Source: Mobula hypostoma (lineage: Eukaryota). From it: 64,000 bases of DNA. The stretch covers positions 210,864,001 through 210,928,000 of the forward strand of contig NC_086097.1 of the NCBI RefSeq assembly GCF_963921235.1. Reading direction: 5' to 3'. Below, piece by piece: positions 13,636 to 27,402 of this stretch; position 1 is the first letter of the stretch; each line of letters begins with the position of its first letter. The translations under genes were made by a program, and so were the position numbers. Below the pieces are notes generated by a model, which was given only the letters and a program-made list of their open reading frames with translations, had not been told where the DNA came from and ran no database searches.

Positions 13636-14512
13636 ATAGAAACCATAGAAACTACAGCACAGAAACAGGCCTTTTGGCCCTTCTTGGCTGTGCCGAACTA
13701 TTTTCTGCCTAGTCTCACTGACCTGCACACGGACCATATCCCTCCATACACCTCCCATCCATGTATCCGTCCAATTTATTCTTAAATGTTAAAAAAGAAC
13801 CCGCATTTACCACCTCATCTGGCAGCTCATTCCATACTCCCACCACTCTCTGTGTGAAGAAGGTCCCTCTAATGTTCCCTTTAAACTTTTCCCCCCTCAC
13901 CCTTAACCCATGTCCTCTGGTTTTTTTTTCCCCTTGTCTCAGTGGAAAAAGCCTGCTTGCATTCACTCTATCTATACCCGTCATAATTTTATATACCTCT
14001 ATCAAATCTCCCCTCATTCTTCTACGCTCCAGGGCATAAAGTCCTAACCTATTCAACCTTTCTCTGTAACTGAGTTTCTCAAGTCCTGGCAACATCCTTG
14101 TAAACCTTCTCTGCACTCTTTCAACCTTATTTATATCCTTCCTGTAATCTGGTGACCAAAACTGAACACAATACTCCAGATTCTGCCTCACTAATGCCTT
14201 ATACAACCTCATCATAACATTCCAACTCTTATACTCAATACTTTGATTAATAAAGGCCAATGTACCAAAAGCTCTCTTTACGACCATATCTACCTGTGAT
14301 GCCACTTTTAGGGAATTTTGTAAATTTAGGGAATTTCTGTGAATTCTGCACGCCTCAGTGCCTAACCATTAACCCTGTATGTTCTACCTTGGTTTGTCCT
14401 TCCAATGTGAAATACTTCACACTTGTCTGTATTAAACTCCATCTGCCATTTTTCAGCCCATTTTTCCAGCTGGTCCAAGTCCCTCTGCAGGCTCTGAAAA
14501 CCTTCCTGAAAA
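13636..14512 (-). mobile_element. 5'-truncated CR1 (second subfamily)
   Basis: ORF 13715-14305 (LEYCVQFWSP, RRMRGDLIEVYKI, FFTQRVVGVWNELP). Tail catagaaaccatagaaa at the left end. Confidence 0.93.
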
Positions 14513-15860
14513 CCTTTTTAGTTTCCTTAAATGCTGCAGGAGTTTGCCATGGTCATGTTGGTCGCTAAATTAAAGTCCCATCTTGAAATATTAGGATGTA
14601 ATCCTGCTTTTGTCTGAGTATCATTGAGATTCTGAAAATATAACTTGTGACTTTGAATTTCTTCAGTAAGGTTTGATAGTTTGGAAATTTATTTGCTTCT
14701 GAGAGTAGTGCAAAATATCCAAAGAAAAAGAACCTGCTATCATATCTAGATTCAGGAGAACGTGAGAGCATAGGGCCTGTGGGAGATAAGAAGATCCAAG
14801 CCTGTGGCAACTAATAGATGGAGAGGGGACAGAATCAAGTGATGAGTGAGTGGGGTTCATATGATCAGTGAGTTGGAGCAGCAGAGACTGTGAGGCGAGG
14901 AAAGAGAATCAGAACTGTGAGGATGGTGAGAAGTTTGAAGATGAACAGATAAAAAATAAAGTATCCTAACTGGGTCTGGTTGCTAATGCTGTCCTGTAAC
15001 CTTTGACAGGAATGACACACTAATGATGCTGTCCACTCCAGCCCTGTTGAATATCTTGATACCAGTAGGCATACAGTGGATTTGGCTTGAACTTTCAATT
15101 TTCACTCACAATTTATTCTTTCATAACTATTGGATCACATAATGAATGGCGTGCAACCTAAAGTAATTTTAGGCATATTTTTGAAGGTTTGGCAATATAG
15201 TTATTCTTCCTCTGATTCCTGGGTGATTATGCAGACAAAAAGCACAATGTAAAAACTTCAATGTATTGTCAAAATGATTGCTACTTCAATTTTAGCAATA
15301 CCAATTAACTCTGACAAATTACAAAATTAATTCCTGAATTCATCAATGATTTACCTCAATGGTGTGAATTATTTATTAACACTATGATTACCTCTGGTTT
15401 GATTCTCATTCTTCTAAAATCCTTCCTCTCATCACAACTGTTGGCTCCTCACATTGCAGTCTCACACTGCAGTCTCCACTACTGCCTGTAGCGTAGAGTT
15501 GCCAAGTTCCACTCTGCTCTCAGGTGTGGTGCTCAATTTGACCATCTTTGGTTGCTGTTAGATAACAAATTCCTTAATTCATACATCTCTCTTTGAAAGC
15601 TATTCCTTAATTTTTGCATAGAGTTATGGTTTTTCAAGTTATGAATGTCAATGATAAGATCAACTTTTATTATACATCATTAAATGCTAGTGCTAGATGA
15701 GAAGAAATTGTCCCTCACACGTGAAATGCTCTGAGTCATATTATTGTGGGTGGCAAATTGCACAAGTTTTTTCCTGGAATATTCAAAAACATTTTTTAAA
15801 TAGTAAGGACTCCTGTTCTTATTAATTATGAGATATTTCCTCTTTTTTGAGCACATTCAG

Positions 15861-15963
15861 TTGATGGACAATGATGATAGCATGCAGCAGAATACTGTTG
15901 GCAAAACCAAAAGCACTGCTCCTGTCTATGCATCAGTAGATATTATATACAGAACAATGTCTG
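15861..15963 (+). CDS. Candidate host exon (103 nt; LMDNDDSMQQNTVGKTKSTAPVYASVDIIYRTMS), product unknown
   Basis: Pyrimidine tract + cag at 15858-15860, donor G|gtaaac, one open frame, non-repeat context. No homology recognised. Confidence 0.25.
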
Positions 15964-16169
15964 GTAAACAAAGCTGTATTTCACCAAATTTTAGCCAACT
16001 CATTAATTTCATATTATGACGAACTGCTGTCTAGTTGGATTTTGACATTTTTAAGTTATCATGGCAACCCTTCCGGAGCCACGGCAATCCTGTCTGTGTC
16101 CCACACTATTGAGTCTCCTATCACTATAACCCTGTCAGACTGCATCCTTTCCCTCTGAGAATCAGGACC

Positions 16170-16890
16170 AGAAACAAACAATTAACGTGCAAAGGACATT
16201 AATGTGCAAACTGTACAAAAGGACAATAAATATAATAATAACAAATGAACAAGCAATAAACATTGAGAACATGAGACAAGGAGTCCTTGAAAGTGAGGTT
16301 GTGGGAACAGTTCAGTGATGGAGCAAGTGATACTGAGTGAAGTTAACCCCTCTGGCTCAGGAGTCTGATGGTTGAAGGTAATGACTGTTCTTGAAACTGG
16401 TGGTGTGGGTCCTGAGGCTCCTTTACCTCCTTCCTGATGTCAGCAGTGAGAAGAGAGCATGGTCTGGTTGATGGGGGTCCTTGATGATGGATTCTGCTTT
16501 CCTGCAACAGCACTCCTTGTAGATGTGCTCAATGGTTCGGAGGGCTTTCTTTATCACGGACTGGGCTGTATCCATTACTTTTTATAAGGTTTTCTGTTCA
16601 AGAGCATTGGTGTTTCTATATCAGCTCATAGTGCAACCAGTCAGTATACTATTCACCGTACATCTCAAATATCAAAGTTCAAAGTTCAAAGTAAATTTAT
16701 TATCAAACTACATAGATATCACCATATTCAACCCTGAGATTCATTTTCTTGCTGGCATACCCAATAAATCCAATAACCATAATAAAATCAATGAAAGGCT
16801 GAACTAACAAGGTGGATAACTGTATGCAAAAGGCAGTAAACTCTGCAAATACAAAAAGAAAGAAAAAGAAACAATTGGGTATTGAAGCCA
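16170..16890 (-). mobile_element. Rex1/Babar 3' fragments
   Basis: Reverse SIIKDPHQP...SLLTSGRR-type sequence. (CAAAGTT)n tail at 16673-16692. Confidence 0.75.
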
Positions 16891-17613
16891 AGGTCCTAAA
16901 GTTTATTGATTAGTTTTGCCAAAGTTTATGCAACTGTTTCCTTGCTTTCCTCATTTGTAGACTCTAGTCGTCTCCACAATCACCATTAGCACAGGTGTAC
17001 CACAAGGCTGTGTGCTTAGCTCCCTGTTCTACTCACTTTATACTTATGACCACAGCTAACCATAGCTTCAAAGCCATATTTAAGTTTACTGATAACCCCT
17101 GTGTTGATGGTCAGTTGACAAGTCAGCATTTAGGAGGAAGACTGAAAACCTAGCTGAATGGTGTCACAACAACAACTTCTCTCTTAGCGTCAGTAAAATC
17201 AAAGAGCAGGTTATTGAATACAGAAGGAGGAAACCAGAGGTTCCAAGCCAGTGCTCATCTGAGGATTGGAGCTGGGGAGGGAAGTAACTTTAAATTCCTT
17301 GGAGTTATCATTTCAGAGGATCTGGCCTGGGACCAGCTTATAAGTGCCATTATAGAGAAGGCATAGCAGTCCCTCCCCTTCCTCAGAAGTTTGCACAGAT
17401 CAGCATGTCGTCTAAAGCTTTAACAAACTTCCATGGATACGGAGCAGAGAGTGTTCTGAATAGGTGCACCACAACTTGGTATGGAAACACCAAAGCTCAT
17501 GAACAGAAAAGCCAACAAAAATTAGTAGATACAGCCTAGTCCATCACAGGAAGAGCCTTCCCCACCATTGAGCACATCTATAAGGAGTGCTGTCACAAAA
17601 ATACAGCATCCAC

Positions 17614-20600
17614 TGTGATAGTAATGGATTTGCTGTCTGCAAATTTCTAAACTCAAACAAAGATCTTAAGTCCTGTCTGATACATATATATAGATATGGG
17701 TAGCCTCAATAAAAAGAGGCTGTACTTTAGCCACCTGGTATTAAAAGGCTAGATCACTTCCCCATTTATCTTCCACAGCAAGCTTAGCTGTTAATATCCA
17801 CTATCTGAGTGGTGGGTCTGCCCTCCCTACTAAGGAGGAGCTGCTTCCAGTTAACACAGTAGTTTAAACACAGCTCATTTATTTTTAGTAACAAACCTTT
17901 AAATTTAGATAAAATTCTTCAAACACATTTAAAACTCACAGAGGATTTCTATTTTATAAAAGATTTCTAAATTACAAATGATTCCCAAAACAGAAAAGAT
18001 TTCCAAAATACAGATAAAATTCCTATAAGCTAAAAAGACATACCAATGGATTGCAGATGAATAATCATCCATCACAGAAATCAAAGGCAGTAGAATGGAT
18101 TCTAGTCACCTCATCTTTCTGTCATTCTTATTATTATTCTTTGACCATTCCTAACAAGCCTAACTACTTTCTTACATTTATACTGCTTTTTCTTTTTTGC
18201 TACTTCATGCACATGTGATTTTTTTTTTAGATGTCTTTTCACACAGATAGTGTAAAAGTTTCTGGGGTCAGAGATCCCAGACACCTAAGATTAAAGTTGT
18301 GAGGGCTTACTCATCTGAGTACACAATCTCTCAACAAATGAAAAAAATTTGCAGTCGACGTTTCAGGCTGAGACCTTTTGGCAGGACCCCTGCTGACACA
18401 CTTTTTTCCATAGAAGCTGCCAGTCCTGCTGGGTTCCTGCAGCATTTTGTGTGTGTTGCTTGGGTTTCTAGCATCTGCAGATTTTCTCATTTGTCTCCCA
18501 AAAATTGTTAGATGAATTATTTGACATGCTAAATAATAGTAAAATCCTGATCTGGAAGCTTCCTTGAACTAACGGTGCCAGTGTCTGGTTTGATGCAGGC
18601 CTGATTAACAGAACCCCATTAACAAAGGTTCTGAACTTAAAGAGGGGTAACTTTGAAGGTATGAGACGTGAATTAGCTAAGATAGACTGGCAAATTACAC
18701 TTAAAGGATTGACTGTGGATTTGCAATGGCAAGCATTTAAAGGTTGCATGGATGAACTACAACAATTGTTCATCCCAGTTTGGCAAAAGAATAAATCAAG
18801 GAAGGTAGTGCACCCGTGGCTGACAAGAGAAATTAGGGATTGTATCAATTCCAAAGAAGAAGCATACAAATTAGCCAGAGAAAGTGGCTCACCTGAGGAC
18901 TGGGAGAAATTCAGAGTTCAGCAGAGGAGGACAAAGGGCTTAATTAGGAAGGGGAAAAAAGATTATGAGAGAAAACTGGCAGGGAACATAAAAACTGACT
19001 GTAAAAGCTTTTATAGATATGTAAAAAGGAAAAGACTGGTAAAGACAAATGTAGGTCACCTACGGACAGAAACAGGTGAATTGATTATGGGGAGCACGGA
19101 CATGGCAGACCAATTGAATAATTACTTTGGTTCTGTCTTCACTAAGGAGGACATAAATAATCTTCCAGAAATAGTAGGGGACAGAGGGTCCAGTGAGATG
19201 GAGGAACTGAGCGAAATACATGTTAGTAGGGAAGTGGTGTTAGGTAAATTGAAGGGATTGAAGGCAGATAAATCCCCAGGGCCAGATGGTCTGCATCCTA
19301 GAGTGCTTAAGGAAGTAGCCCAAGAAATAGTGGATGCATTAGTGATAATTTTTCAAAACTCGTTAGATTCTGGACTAGTTCCTGAGGATTGGAGGGTGGC
19401 TAATGTAACTCCACTTTTTAAAAAAGGAGGGAGAGAGAAACCGGGGAATTATAGACAGGTTAGCCTAACGTCGGTGGTGGGGAAACTGCTGGAGTCAGTT
19501 ATCAAGGATGTGATAACAGCACATTTGGAAAGCGGTGAAATCATCGGACAAAGTCAGCATGGATTTGTGAAAGGAAAATCATGTCTGACGAATCTCATAG
19601 AATTTTTTGAGGATGTAACTAGTAGAGTGGATAGGGGAGAACCAGCGGATGTGGTATATTTGGATTTTCAAAAGGCTTTTGACAAGGTCCCACACAGGAG
19701 ATTAGTGTGCAAACTTAAAGCACACAGTATTGGGGGTAAGGTATTGGTGTGGGTGGAGAATTGGTTAGCAGACAGGAAGCAAAGAGTGGGAATAAACAGG
19801 ACCTTTTCAGAATGGCAGGCAGTGACCAGTGGGGTACCAGAAGGCTCAGTGCTGGGACTCCAGTTGTTTACAATATATATTAATGACTTGGATGAGGGAA
19901 TTAAATGCAGCATCTCCAAGTTTGCGGATGACACGAAGCTGGGTGGCAGTGTTAGCAGTGAGGAGGATGCTAAGAGGATGCAGGGTGACTTGGATAGGTT
20001 AGGTGAGTGGGCAAATTCATGGCAGATGCAATTTAATGTGGATAAATGTGAAGTTATCCACTTTGGTGGCAAAAATAGGAAAACAGATTATTATCTGAAT
20101 GGTGGCCGATTAGGAAAAGGGGAGGTGCAACGAGACCTGGGTGTCATTATACACCAGTCATTGAAAGTGGGCATGCAGGTACAGCAGGTGGTGAAAAAGG
20201 CGAATGGTATGCTGGCATTTATAGCGAGAGGATTCGAGTACAGGAGCAGGGAGGTACTACTGCAGTTGTACAAGGCCTTGGTGAGACCACACCTGGAGTA
20301 TTGTGTGCAGTTTTGGTCCCCTAATCTGAGGAAAGACATCCTTGCCATAGAGGGAGTACAAAGAAGGTTCACCAGATTGATTCCTGGGATGACAGGACTT
20401 TCATATGAAGAAAGACTGGATGAACTGGGCTTGTACTCGTTGGAATTTAGAAGATTACGGGGGGATCTGATTGAAACATATAAGATCCTAAAGGGATTGG
20501 ACAGGCTAGATGCAGGAAGATTGTTCCCGATGTTGGGGAAGTCCAGAACGAGGGGCCACAGTTTGAGTATAGAGGGGAAGCCTTTTAGGACCGAGATGAG

Positions 20601-21132
20601 GAAAAACTTCTTCACACAGAGAGTGGTGAATCTGTGGAATTCTCTGCCACAGGAAACAGTTGAGGCCAGTTCATTGGCTATATTTAAGAGGGAGTTAGAT
20701 ATGGCCCTTGTGGCTACGGGGATCAGGGGGTATGGAGGGAAGGCTGGGGCAGGGTTCTGAGTTGGAGGATCAGCCATGATCATAATAAATGGCGGTGCAG
20801 GCTCGAAGGGCCGAATGGCCTACTCCTGCACCTATTTTCTATATTTCTATGTTTCTATCTTACACTGCATCTATTGAGCAGCCAGTCTCATGCTGTGGGC
20901 CAGCAACTTGTGTTTCACAAACAGTGCTACTTGTGGACTTCAGACTGATTATTGTTTATACTTTGCATTAAGAACCGAAGACGTATTCTAGTTTATGACA
21001 ATAAGCTGAACAAGAAATACTGGTTGGGAGTTTAACTTACTAACTTACTTATCCTGGAGTGTCAGCTGCAGTGTTAGAAAGCTGAGCTTGGCATAAAGAC
21101 CCCAAGGCCCTTTCCAATAAATATCCATCACA
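17614..21132 (-). mobile_element. Probable solo LTR (~1.1-1.3 kb after removing nested inserts)
   Basis: Termini TGTGAT...ATCACA. Flanks ccac/ccat (4-bp TSD, one mismatch). It interrupts Rex coding sequence exactly. AATAAA on the minus strand at ~17878. Confidence 0.65.
18621..20858 (+). mobile_element. 5'-truncated young CR1 LINE; RT ORF open to the natural stop (18661-20760)
   Basis: 699-aa ORF nearly identical to the other two young copies. 3' tail at 20835-20858. Confidence 0.97.
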
Positions 21133-23740
21133 CCATCATCAAGGACTCCCACAAGCCAGCCCATGCTAACTTCTTGGCTGATGCCATTGGGAAAGAGGTA
21201 CTGGAGCTGTAGGTCCCATACCACCTGGTCCAGGAACAGTTATTATTCTTTAACCATCATGTTTCTGAAGCAGTGTGGATAGCTTTGCTCACTGCAACTC
21301 AGAACTGATTCTATAACCTACAAACTCACTTTCAAGGAATCTAATCTCATGTTCTCAATATTATTTATGACTTATTTGTATATTATTTTTTTTCTCAGCT
21401 TAAGCAGATAGAACCTGAGGGATGGGCATAGCCAAGCATGCACGTTTATCTATTGCTAGGAACTTTTGGATAATTCTAGCAGTGTTTAGTATTGTGGCTT
21501 CCTGAAGATTTACATAGTATTACTTTGTTGCCCTAATTGTTTAATGCTATTGTGTAGTGACTTTGGGATGACACCAGTTGTAGATATTACTATCATGGCA
21601 ATGTATACCCTGTTCATGTCCAAATTCCTTCCAATTCCTCTTTTAATTCAGCATTTTTCTGGTGTTTTTCACATTAATTTCTGTAAGTTATGTGTGTCTG
21701 AAATGGATATATCTTTTAAATAAGTTGTTCTTGCTTGTTTATCCTGTATTATTATATCCAGATGATTATTATGGATTGTCCTATCTGTAATGACAGATTG
21801 ATCATAATATAGTTTGTGGTATTCCAATTATAAAACTGGATCAGGTTGTGTTTATAGTAAGGTGTGATTTTTGTGCTGACCACGTGGTCCTGTATTGCCA
21901 CAAGGAACTCTTCTGTTTCTGGGAAGAGGCCTCCAACTCTGAGCCAGGTGTTCAAATCCGGTGTGCTTTGATTGTGGAGATGTCTTCCCTGGAGGGCCAT
22001 CCTGTTCCATTGGGTAACTTCTCTTCAATAGTCATAGTGTCTTCATTTTTCTGGGTTATGGTCTCATTTAAGTTTAGTTATCAGAATTGCATATGCTTGC
22101 ATGGAGTGCCGATTCCTGTTGATGAAAGCATGTCCTCAGAAGTTTAATCTGACTATTGTGTAGATATTTAGTGTCTGGTATTCCTCTTCTCACTTCTGTC
22201 CTAAGTAGTGTTAATCTAAGTGCATTCAAATGTACATAATGTTTTCTGAAATTTGTCATTCAATTCTTAGTTTTATTTTCCAGACTAGTTTTGGACCAAG
22301 ATATTTAGTGAAAGAATACATTAATATAGGTGTGGCGAAAGTGTTTATTGCCTTTGTTATATTTTTACTGTTGAGCTCTGTTTGGCAGATTATCTCACAC
22401 CTTGAAGCAAATTCTTTCAGAAGTTTTTTTTCCTTTATCGCTCCATTATCTATTTTCTTTCCTTATTGATATCCCAGATACTTATCTGTTTCATATTCAT
22501 CCATTGGTTGTATTGTATCCTGCTGCTCTGTTTTGCATTCTGTTAGCTTCATTGCACCTTTTTTATGTTTATTTTTTTTTATTTATCTAATCTAAAGTTC
22601 ATGTTTATATCTTTTGAAAATAGTTGCGCTATTTGAATTAATCACTTTAGCTTAACTGATGAAGGAGTGTATAATTTCAAATCATCCATGGTGTGTTAAG
22701 ATATAACTTATTTCATTATTTCTGATTTGATATCCAGTTTTCATCTCATTCAGTAGAGAGCATGTTTAAAGCTAGACAGAACCATAGTGGACTTAAAGAG
22801 TCACCTTGGAAAATGCCTCAGTTTATTTTGTTAGCAGTGATTGTTCTTTTTTGCTTGTTAATAGATAGGGTGATTAAAATATGGCAATGCTTCATCAGAT
22901 GTTCCAGGAATTCCACAAGTATTGGGTGTAGTTTATATATATTAAGAACATCTATTAACAATGAGTCAAATGCCTTTTGGTAGTCAATAGAGTAACACGA
23001 ATGGTTTTCTGCTTTTCCACTGGGCTAGACTTAGAATTACGGAATCTATTATCTGTTGTTCCTTACATTCTTTCATACCCTTACAGCATCCTTTCTGCTC
23101 CTCTGTAAGTATATTGTGGTTATCTAGGTGATTGGTGATTAGTTGCGAGATACATGACGTTACAATTTTATATATAGTTTGTAAATAAGTAATAGGATGA
23201 TATTTTGATGGATCTTTTGTGATTTCCCTTTCAAGTAAAAGATATGTTTTACCTTTGGTCAAAAATTCAGGAACTTTTTCAGGATTTTTAAGAAAATTGT
23301 TGAATTGCATTAATAGGCATGGTTGAAGGCAAGTACATTTTTTATACCAATAATTATTGATATTATCACTTCCAGTACTTTTCCAGTCATGGGTATTTTT
23401 TATAACCTCTTTCAGCGTACCCAGTGTAATTCAGGTATTTGCATTTCTTCAATCGTGTAAGTGTATTCTTTTTCCTCCAAAATACAGCTTGCTTCTTGAT
23501 TGTGCATCACCCTGTTCGACCAGACATTAAACCAAAAGTTATTTATCTCTGTGTTTGTTGATAATTTTGTGTTGGGGTTGGTGACATTTTGGTGCATCAA
23601 ATTTAGTTTCAATGTCCTGTATAAAACTTTCTCATTGTTTCTGAACTGATCATTTTGTTTTCTTAATTTGGTGCATTTCATGTATCTATTAGTCTGGCTT
23701 TGTAGGCACCAAACTTTTGTTTTAGTGTATCTATAAACTC

Positions 23741-24060
23741 TAAAAAAAAAGGCATCCATTAGTCTTGCGAGACCATGGATCTGCACCTGGAAAGTCTTCA
23801 CTCTCCAGGGCGCAGGCCTGGGCAAGGTTGTATGGAAGACCAGCAATTGCCCGTGCTGCAAGTCTCCCCTCTCCATGACACCAATGTTGTCCAAGGGAAG
23901 GGCATTAGGACCCATACAGCTTGGCACCAGTGTCGTCGCAGAGCAATGTGTGATTAAGTGCCTTGCTCAAGGACACAACACGATGCCTCGGCTGGGGCTC
24001 AAACTCACAACCTTCAGGTTGCTAGTCCAATGCCTTAACCACTTGGCTACGTGCCCACAC
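23741..24060 (-). mobile_element. tRNA-derived SINE
   Basis: Minus head GGCACGTAGCCAAGTGGTTAAGGC...GTGAGTTTGAGCCCC (A/B-box-like), then GTGTCCTTGAGCAAGGCACTTAA. TSD ctataaactc at 23731-23740 / 24061-24070. Second copy at 59271. Confidence 0.85.
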
Positions 24061-24070
24061 CTATAAACTC

Positions 24071-25063
24071 CATTGCTAGAAGTAAAGTAGAAATGTGGTT
24101 TCTTAGAAGAATGCTGAAAATATTATATAGTCATAGTCATAGTCGTACTTTATTGATCCCGGGGGAAACTGGTTTTCGTTGAAGTTGCTCCATAAATAAT
24201 AAATAGTAATAAAACCATAAATAGTTAAATAGTAATATGTAAATTATGCCAGGACGTAAGTCCAGGACCAGCCTATTGGCTCAGGGTGTTTGACCCTCCA
24301 AGGGAGGAGATGTAAAGTTTGATGGCCACAGGCAGGAATGACTTCCTATGATGCTCTGTGTTGCATCTCGGTGGAATGAGTCTCTGGCTGAATGTACTCC
24401 TGTGCCCACCCAGTACATTATGTAGTGGATGGGAGACATTGTCCAAGATGGCATGCAACTTGGACAGCATCCTCTTTTCAGACACCACCGTGAGAGAGTC
24501 CAGTTCCATCCCCACAACATCACTGGCCTTACGAATGAGTTTGTTGATTCTGTTGGTGTCTGCTACCCTCGGCCTGCTGCCCCAGCACACAACAGCAAGC
24601 ATGATAGCACTGGCCACCACAGACTTGTAGAACATCCTCAGCATTGTCCGGCAGATGTTAAAGGACCTCAGTCTCCTCAGGAAATAGAGACAGCTCTGAC
24701 CCTTCTTGTAGACAGCCTCAGTGTTCTTTGACCAGTCCAGTTTATTGTCAATAGAGATAGGATAACTAATGAGACAGTACGCCAACATGCCCATACAAAA
24801 AGATCTTTAATGAGAACATTAAATGAGAGGAAATTTAAATTCCTGGACCATGTCATCAGAAAGGGAGAAATAGAATGCCTTACATTACAAGGCCATATGC
24901 CTGGGAAATGCAGAAGAGGAAGGCAAAGGAGAAAATATACGGACATTGTGAAAGAACTAACAGATCTAAGTGTGTGAGATATCATTGATGCTGCGAGGGA
25001 TCATTCGATGTGGAGAGCCATGATCGTCCAAGCGTGTAACGCACAAGGCACATGAAGAAGAAG
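24071..25063 (+). mobile_element. 5'-truncated RTE LINE (interrupted by a Rex fragment)
   Basis: EMWFLRRMLKI ... RDRITNETV ... FLDHVIRK ... GKCRRGRQRRKY. (GAA)n tail. TSD ataaactc at 24063-24070 / 25064-25071. Confidence 0.88.
24131..24750 (-). mobile_element. 5'-truncated Rex1/Babar copy inside the RTE
   Basis: ORF 24273-24794 (DNKLDWSKNT...LYFLRRLRSF...HPLH...SFLPVAIKLY). (TCATAG)n tail at ~24127-24144. Confidence 0.9.
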
Positions 25064-26589
25064 ATAAACTCTACTATGCTTTTGTTAGGCTGATTGTATC
25101 TGGTATGGACCTAATATTTCCTTAGAATTTCCAACTTTTCTCTTAACTTTTTTGCTCAGTTTATCCAAGTTGTACTCCATTAGATGGGCTATTTCTGCTC
25201 TTAAGGTTTCAATTTTGTTTTTTCATCTCCTCTGCCATTTTGATGTTCTCATTTCATTACTCAGTTTTGAGTTTCTTTTAATGACTGCCTCTATTTTGGA
25301 GCTATTGCACTGCACTGCTGTTAATGCTACACAATATGTTATCGTGTACAGTTCTTCAAACGTATCAAGTTTTCCAAAATGTGGTAATATAATATTGTTG
25401 AGAGTAGTAACAATTTTTAAAAATTTTGATGATGTGTTTTGCTTTGATATGTAGGGTCTTTTTGTTGGGTCAATGCCTATGTTTTCCATTTCTATGATGT
25501 TAAATGTTAGGATGATTTTGTCTGGAAGTTCAGCTTTGCCTTCAGCATTCTGCAGAGGTTCTGGATCTGTGTTGTTGCTGTTAACATCCAGTTGTGAAGC
25601 AGTTGAAGTAACTGTATTTTCATCCGTGCTTTCGTGGTTGCACCTTGGTTATATCCTTGTGTGGTATTATTGTGGTGTTTACGTTGTTTTCTTTTTAGCC
25701 CTTGTGCAACTTCGTGTTTTATTTGGTTTAACCTGTCTATAGGGATTAAGTTATTTTTTACAAGCACTCTACATCTGCTATTTGTTGTGCATTTACTTGC
25801 ATGGAGGGATATTGTGCTATGAACTGTTGATGAAGTTTGTCCCTGGATGCTGTTAAATCAGTTTCAAGTTCCATTATTCAATAATATACACACTTTATGA
25901 ATGTTTTTACTTCTAATGACCACTTCATGTGCCTCTTTTTTCTCTGAACTGCTTGAGTGGTCTCAGTTGTAAATGGCCCGCTCTGCTGAGAAACACTTGA
26001 GGCCGTCATATGCTGTGGTATTGGAGGGCTGCTTTGAGCGCTGGCTGTATCTTTTTTGGCATTCCCAGTGCATGCCCGCCCACTCAGCAGTGCACCGCTA
26101 GTGGTTTGCTTACTGTCATGCCCAGCGCTAGCTCCAGGCATGCCCTGGTGAACCCCAGGCAGTGGCCTTATCACTCACTTCCATAGACATCTCTCCATTT
26201 CTACAGCTTTTTATACCGAGAGCCAGGTTTTCATTTCAGCCGCCCCTACCATGGAGAATAGACACTGACCAGAGCACTGCTCCGTCTGGGTACAGATGTT
26301 TCTGGTTTTGTTTCAGGATTGGGGGGAGGGACGCAGCTGATTTTTACACCGGTGGATGTCTTCTCCCCGAAACTGAGCCCTGGCTCCTCACCTGTTCCCT
26401 GGGTCAATGCGGCTGAACAGCTCACCATCCAACGAGTTCTCGAAGCACTACCTCCTGCTGCGGGTGGCCGGTGCTGTTGTTTCATCCCATCCACGGTGGA
26501 GCTGCTGCTGGCATAATTATTTTATTTTATTTAGAGATACAGTGCAGAACAGGCCCTTCCTTATTATTATTATTGTTATTATTATTATT

Positions 26590-27402
26590 ATTTCTCAACT
26601 CAAGCTGAAAAAACCTGGGCATAGCCAAGCACATTCCACTTGTCAATTATTAGGAACTTTTAGACTATTCTGTTGATATTTAGTATTGTGGCTTTCTGAA
26701 GATTTGCATAAATATTGCTGTGTAACCCTAATTACTTAATTACTTAATGTCGTGCCTTGGGAATGACACCAGTTATAGATATTACTATCGGGACAACGTG
26801 AATGTACCCTGTTCATGTTCTGAAGTCTTTCAATTTCCTCTTTTAATTCAGCATAATTTCAGTGTTTTTCACTTCTTGATTTCTGTAAGTTTTGTATGTT
26901 TGGAATGGCTATATCTATTAAATAAGTTGTTCTTGCTTGTTTATCCTGTATTACTATTTCTGGGCAGTTATTATGGCTTGTCCTATCTATAATAACAGAT
27001 TGGTCGTCATATAATTTGTGGTATTCTGACTCTAAAACTGAATCAGGCTTGTATTTATAGTAAGGTGTGATTTCATTAATGAGTTTCTATTTTAAAGAAA
27101 GCCTTTGATGAATGATGTTGCCACTTGAATGTGCCTGTGCAAGTAATCAGATTGTGTTAAACTGCTACAGGATCCTGTAATGTGTTGGATCGTTTCTGTT
27201 TTTTTTCTTGGCATTTTCAACATTTATCATCTTGCATGTGTTGGTCTTCTACTACATATCGTTGATAATATTTTTGTTAGCCCCGTGGTCCTGTATTGTC
27301 ATGAGGAACCCTTCTGTTTCCGGGAAGAGGTCTCCAAATCTGAGCCAGGCATTCGATGCTTCTTGTCAACATCTAGTCTGCTCAAATAATGGGGATGTCT
27401 GC
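26590..27402 (-). mobile_element. 5'-truncated R4/Dong copy abutting an (ATT)n tract
   Basis: Collinear with 21390-22000 (GDLFPETEGFLMTIQD, endonuclease region, same 3' UTR). (ATT)n at 26561-26592. Confidence 0.85.

Larger units (their letters stand above)
21386..26512 (-). mobile_element. R4/Dong-clade non-LTR retrotransposon, apparently full length, decayed and interrupted at 23741-25063
   Basis: N-terminal RKKRHMKWS motif (ORF 25878-26174). RT segment TKDPSKYHPIT...EEQKGCCKG...CKEQQIIDS (22984-23310). C-terminal PDIIIQDK...DI restriction-like endonuclease region at ~21500-21800. TAA-rich sequence at both ends. Confidence 0.85.

Noticed and set aside
12890..15020. Possible further solo LTRs (ending tgtaaca at 13390; AATAAA...tgaca at 15017)
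   Set aside because: No matching opposite terminus or TSD could be established.
23990..24056. tRNA-like sequence on the minus strand (also ~59510-59570)
   Set aside because: These are SINE heads followed by SINE body and flanked by TSDs, not tRNA genes.
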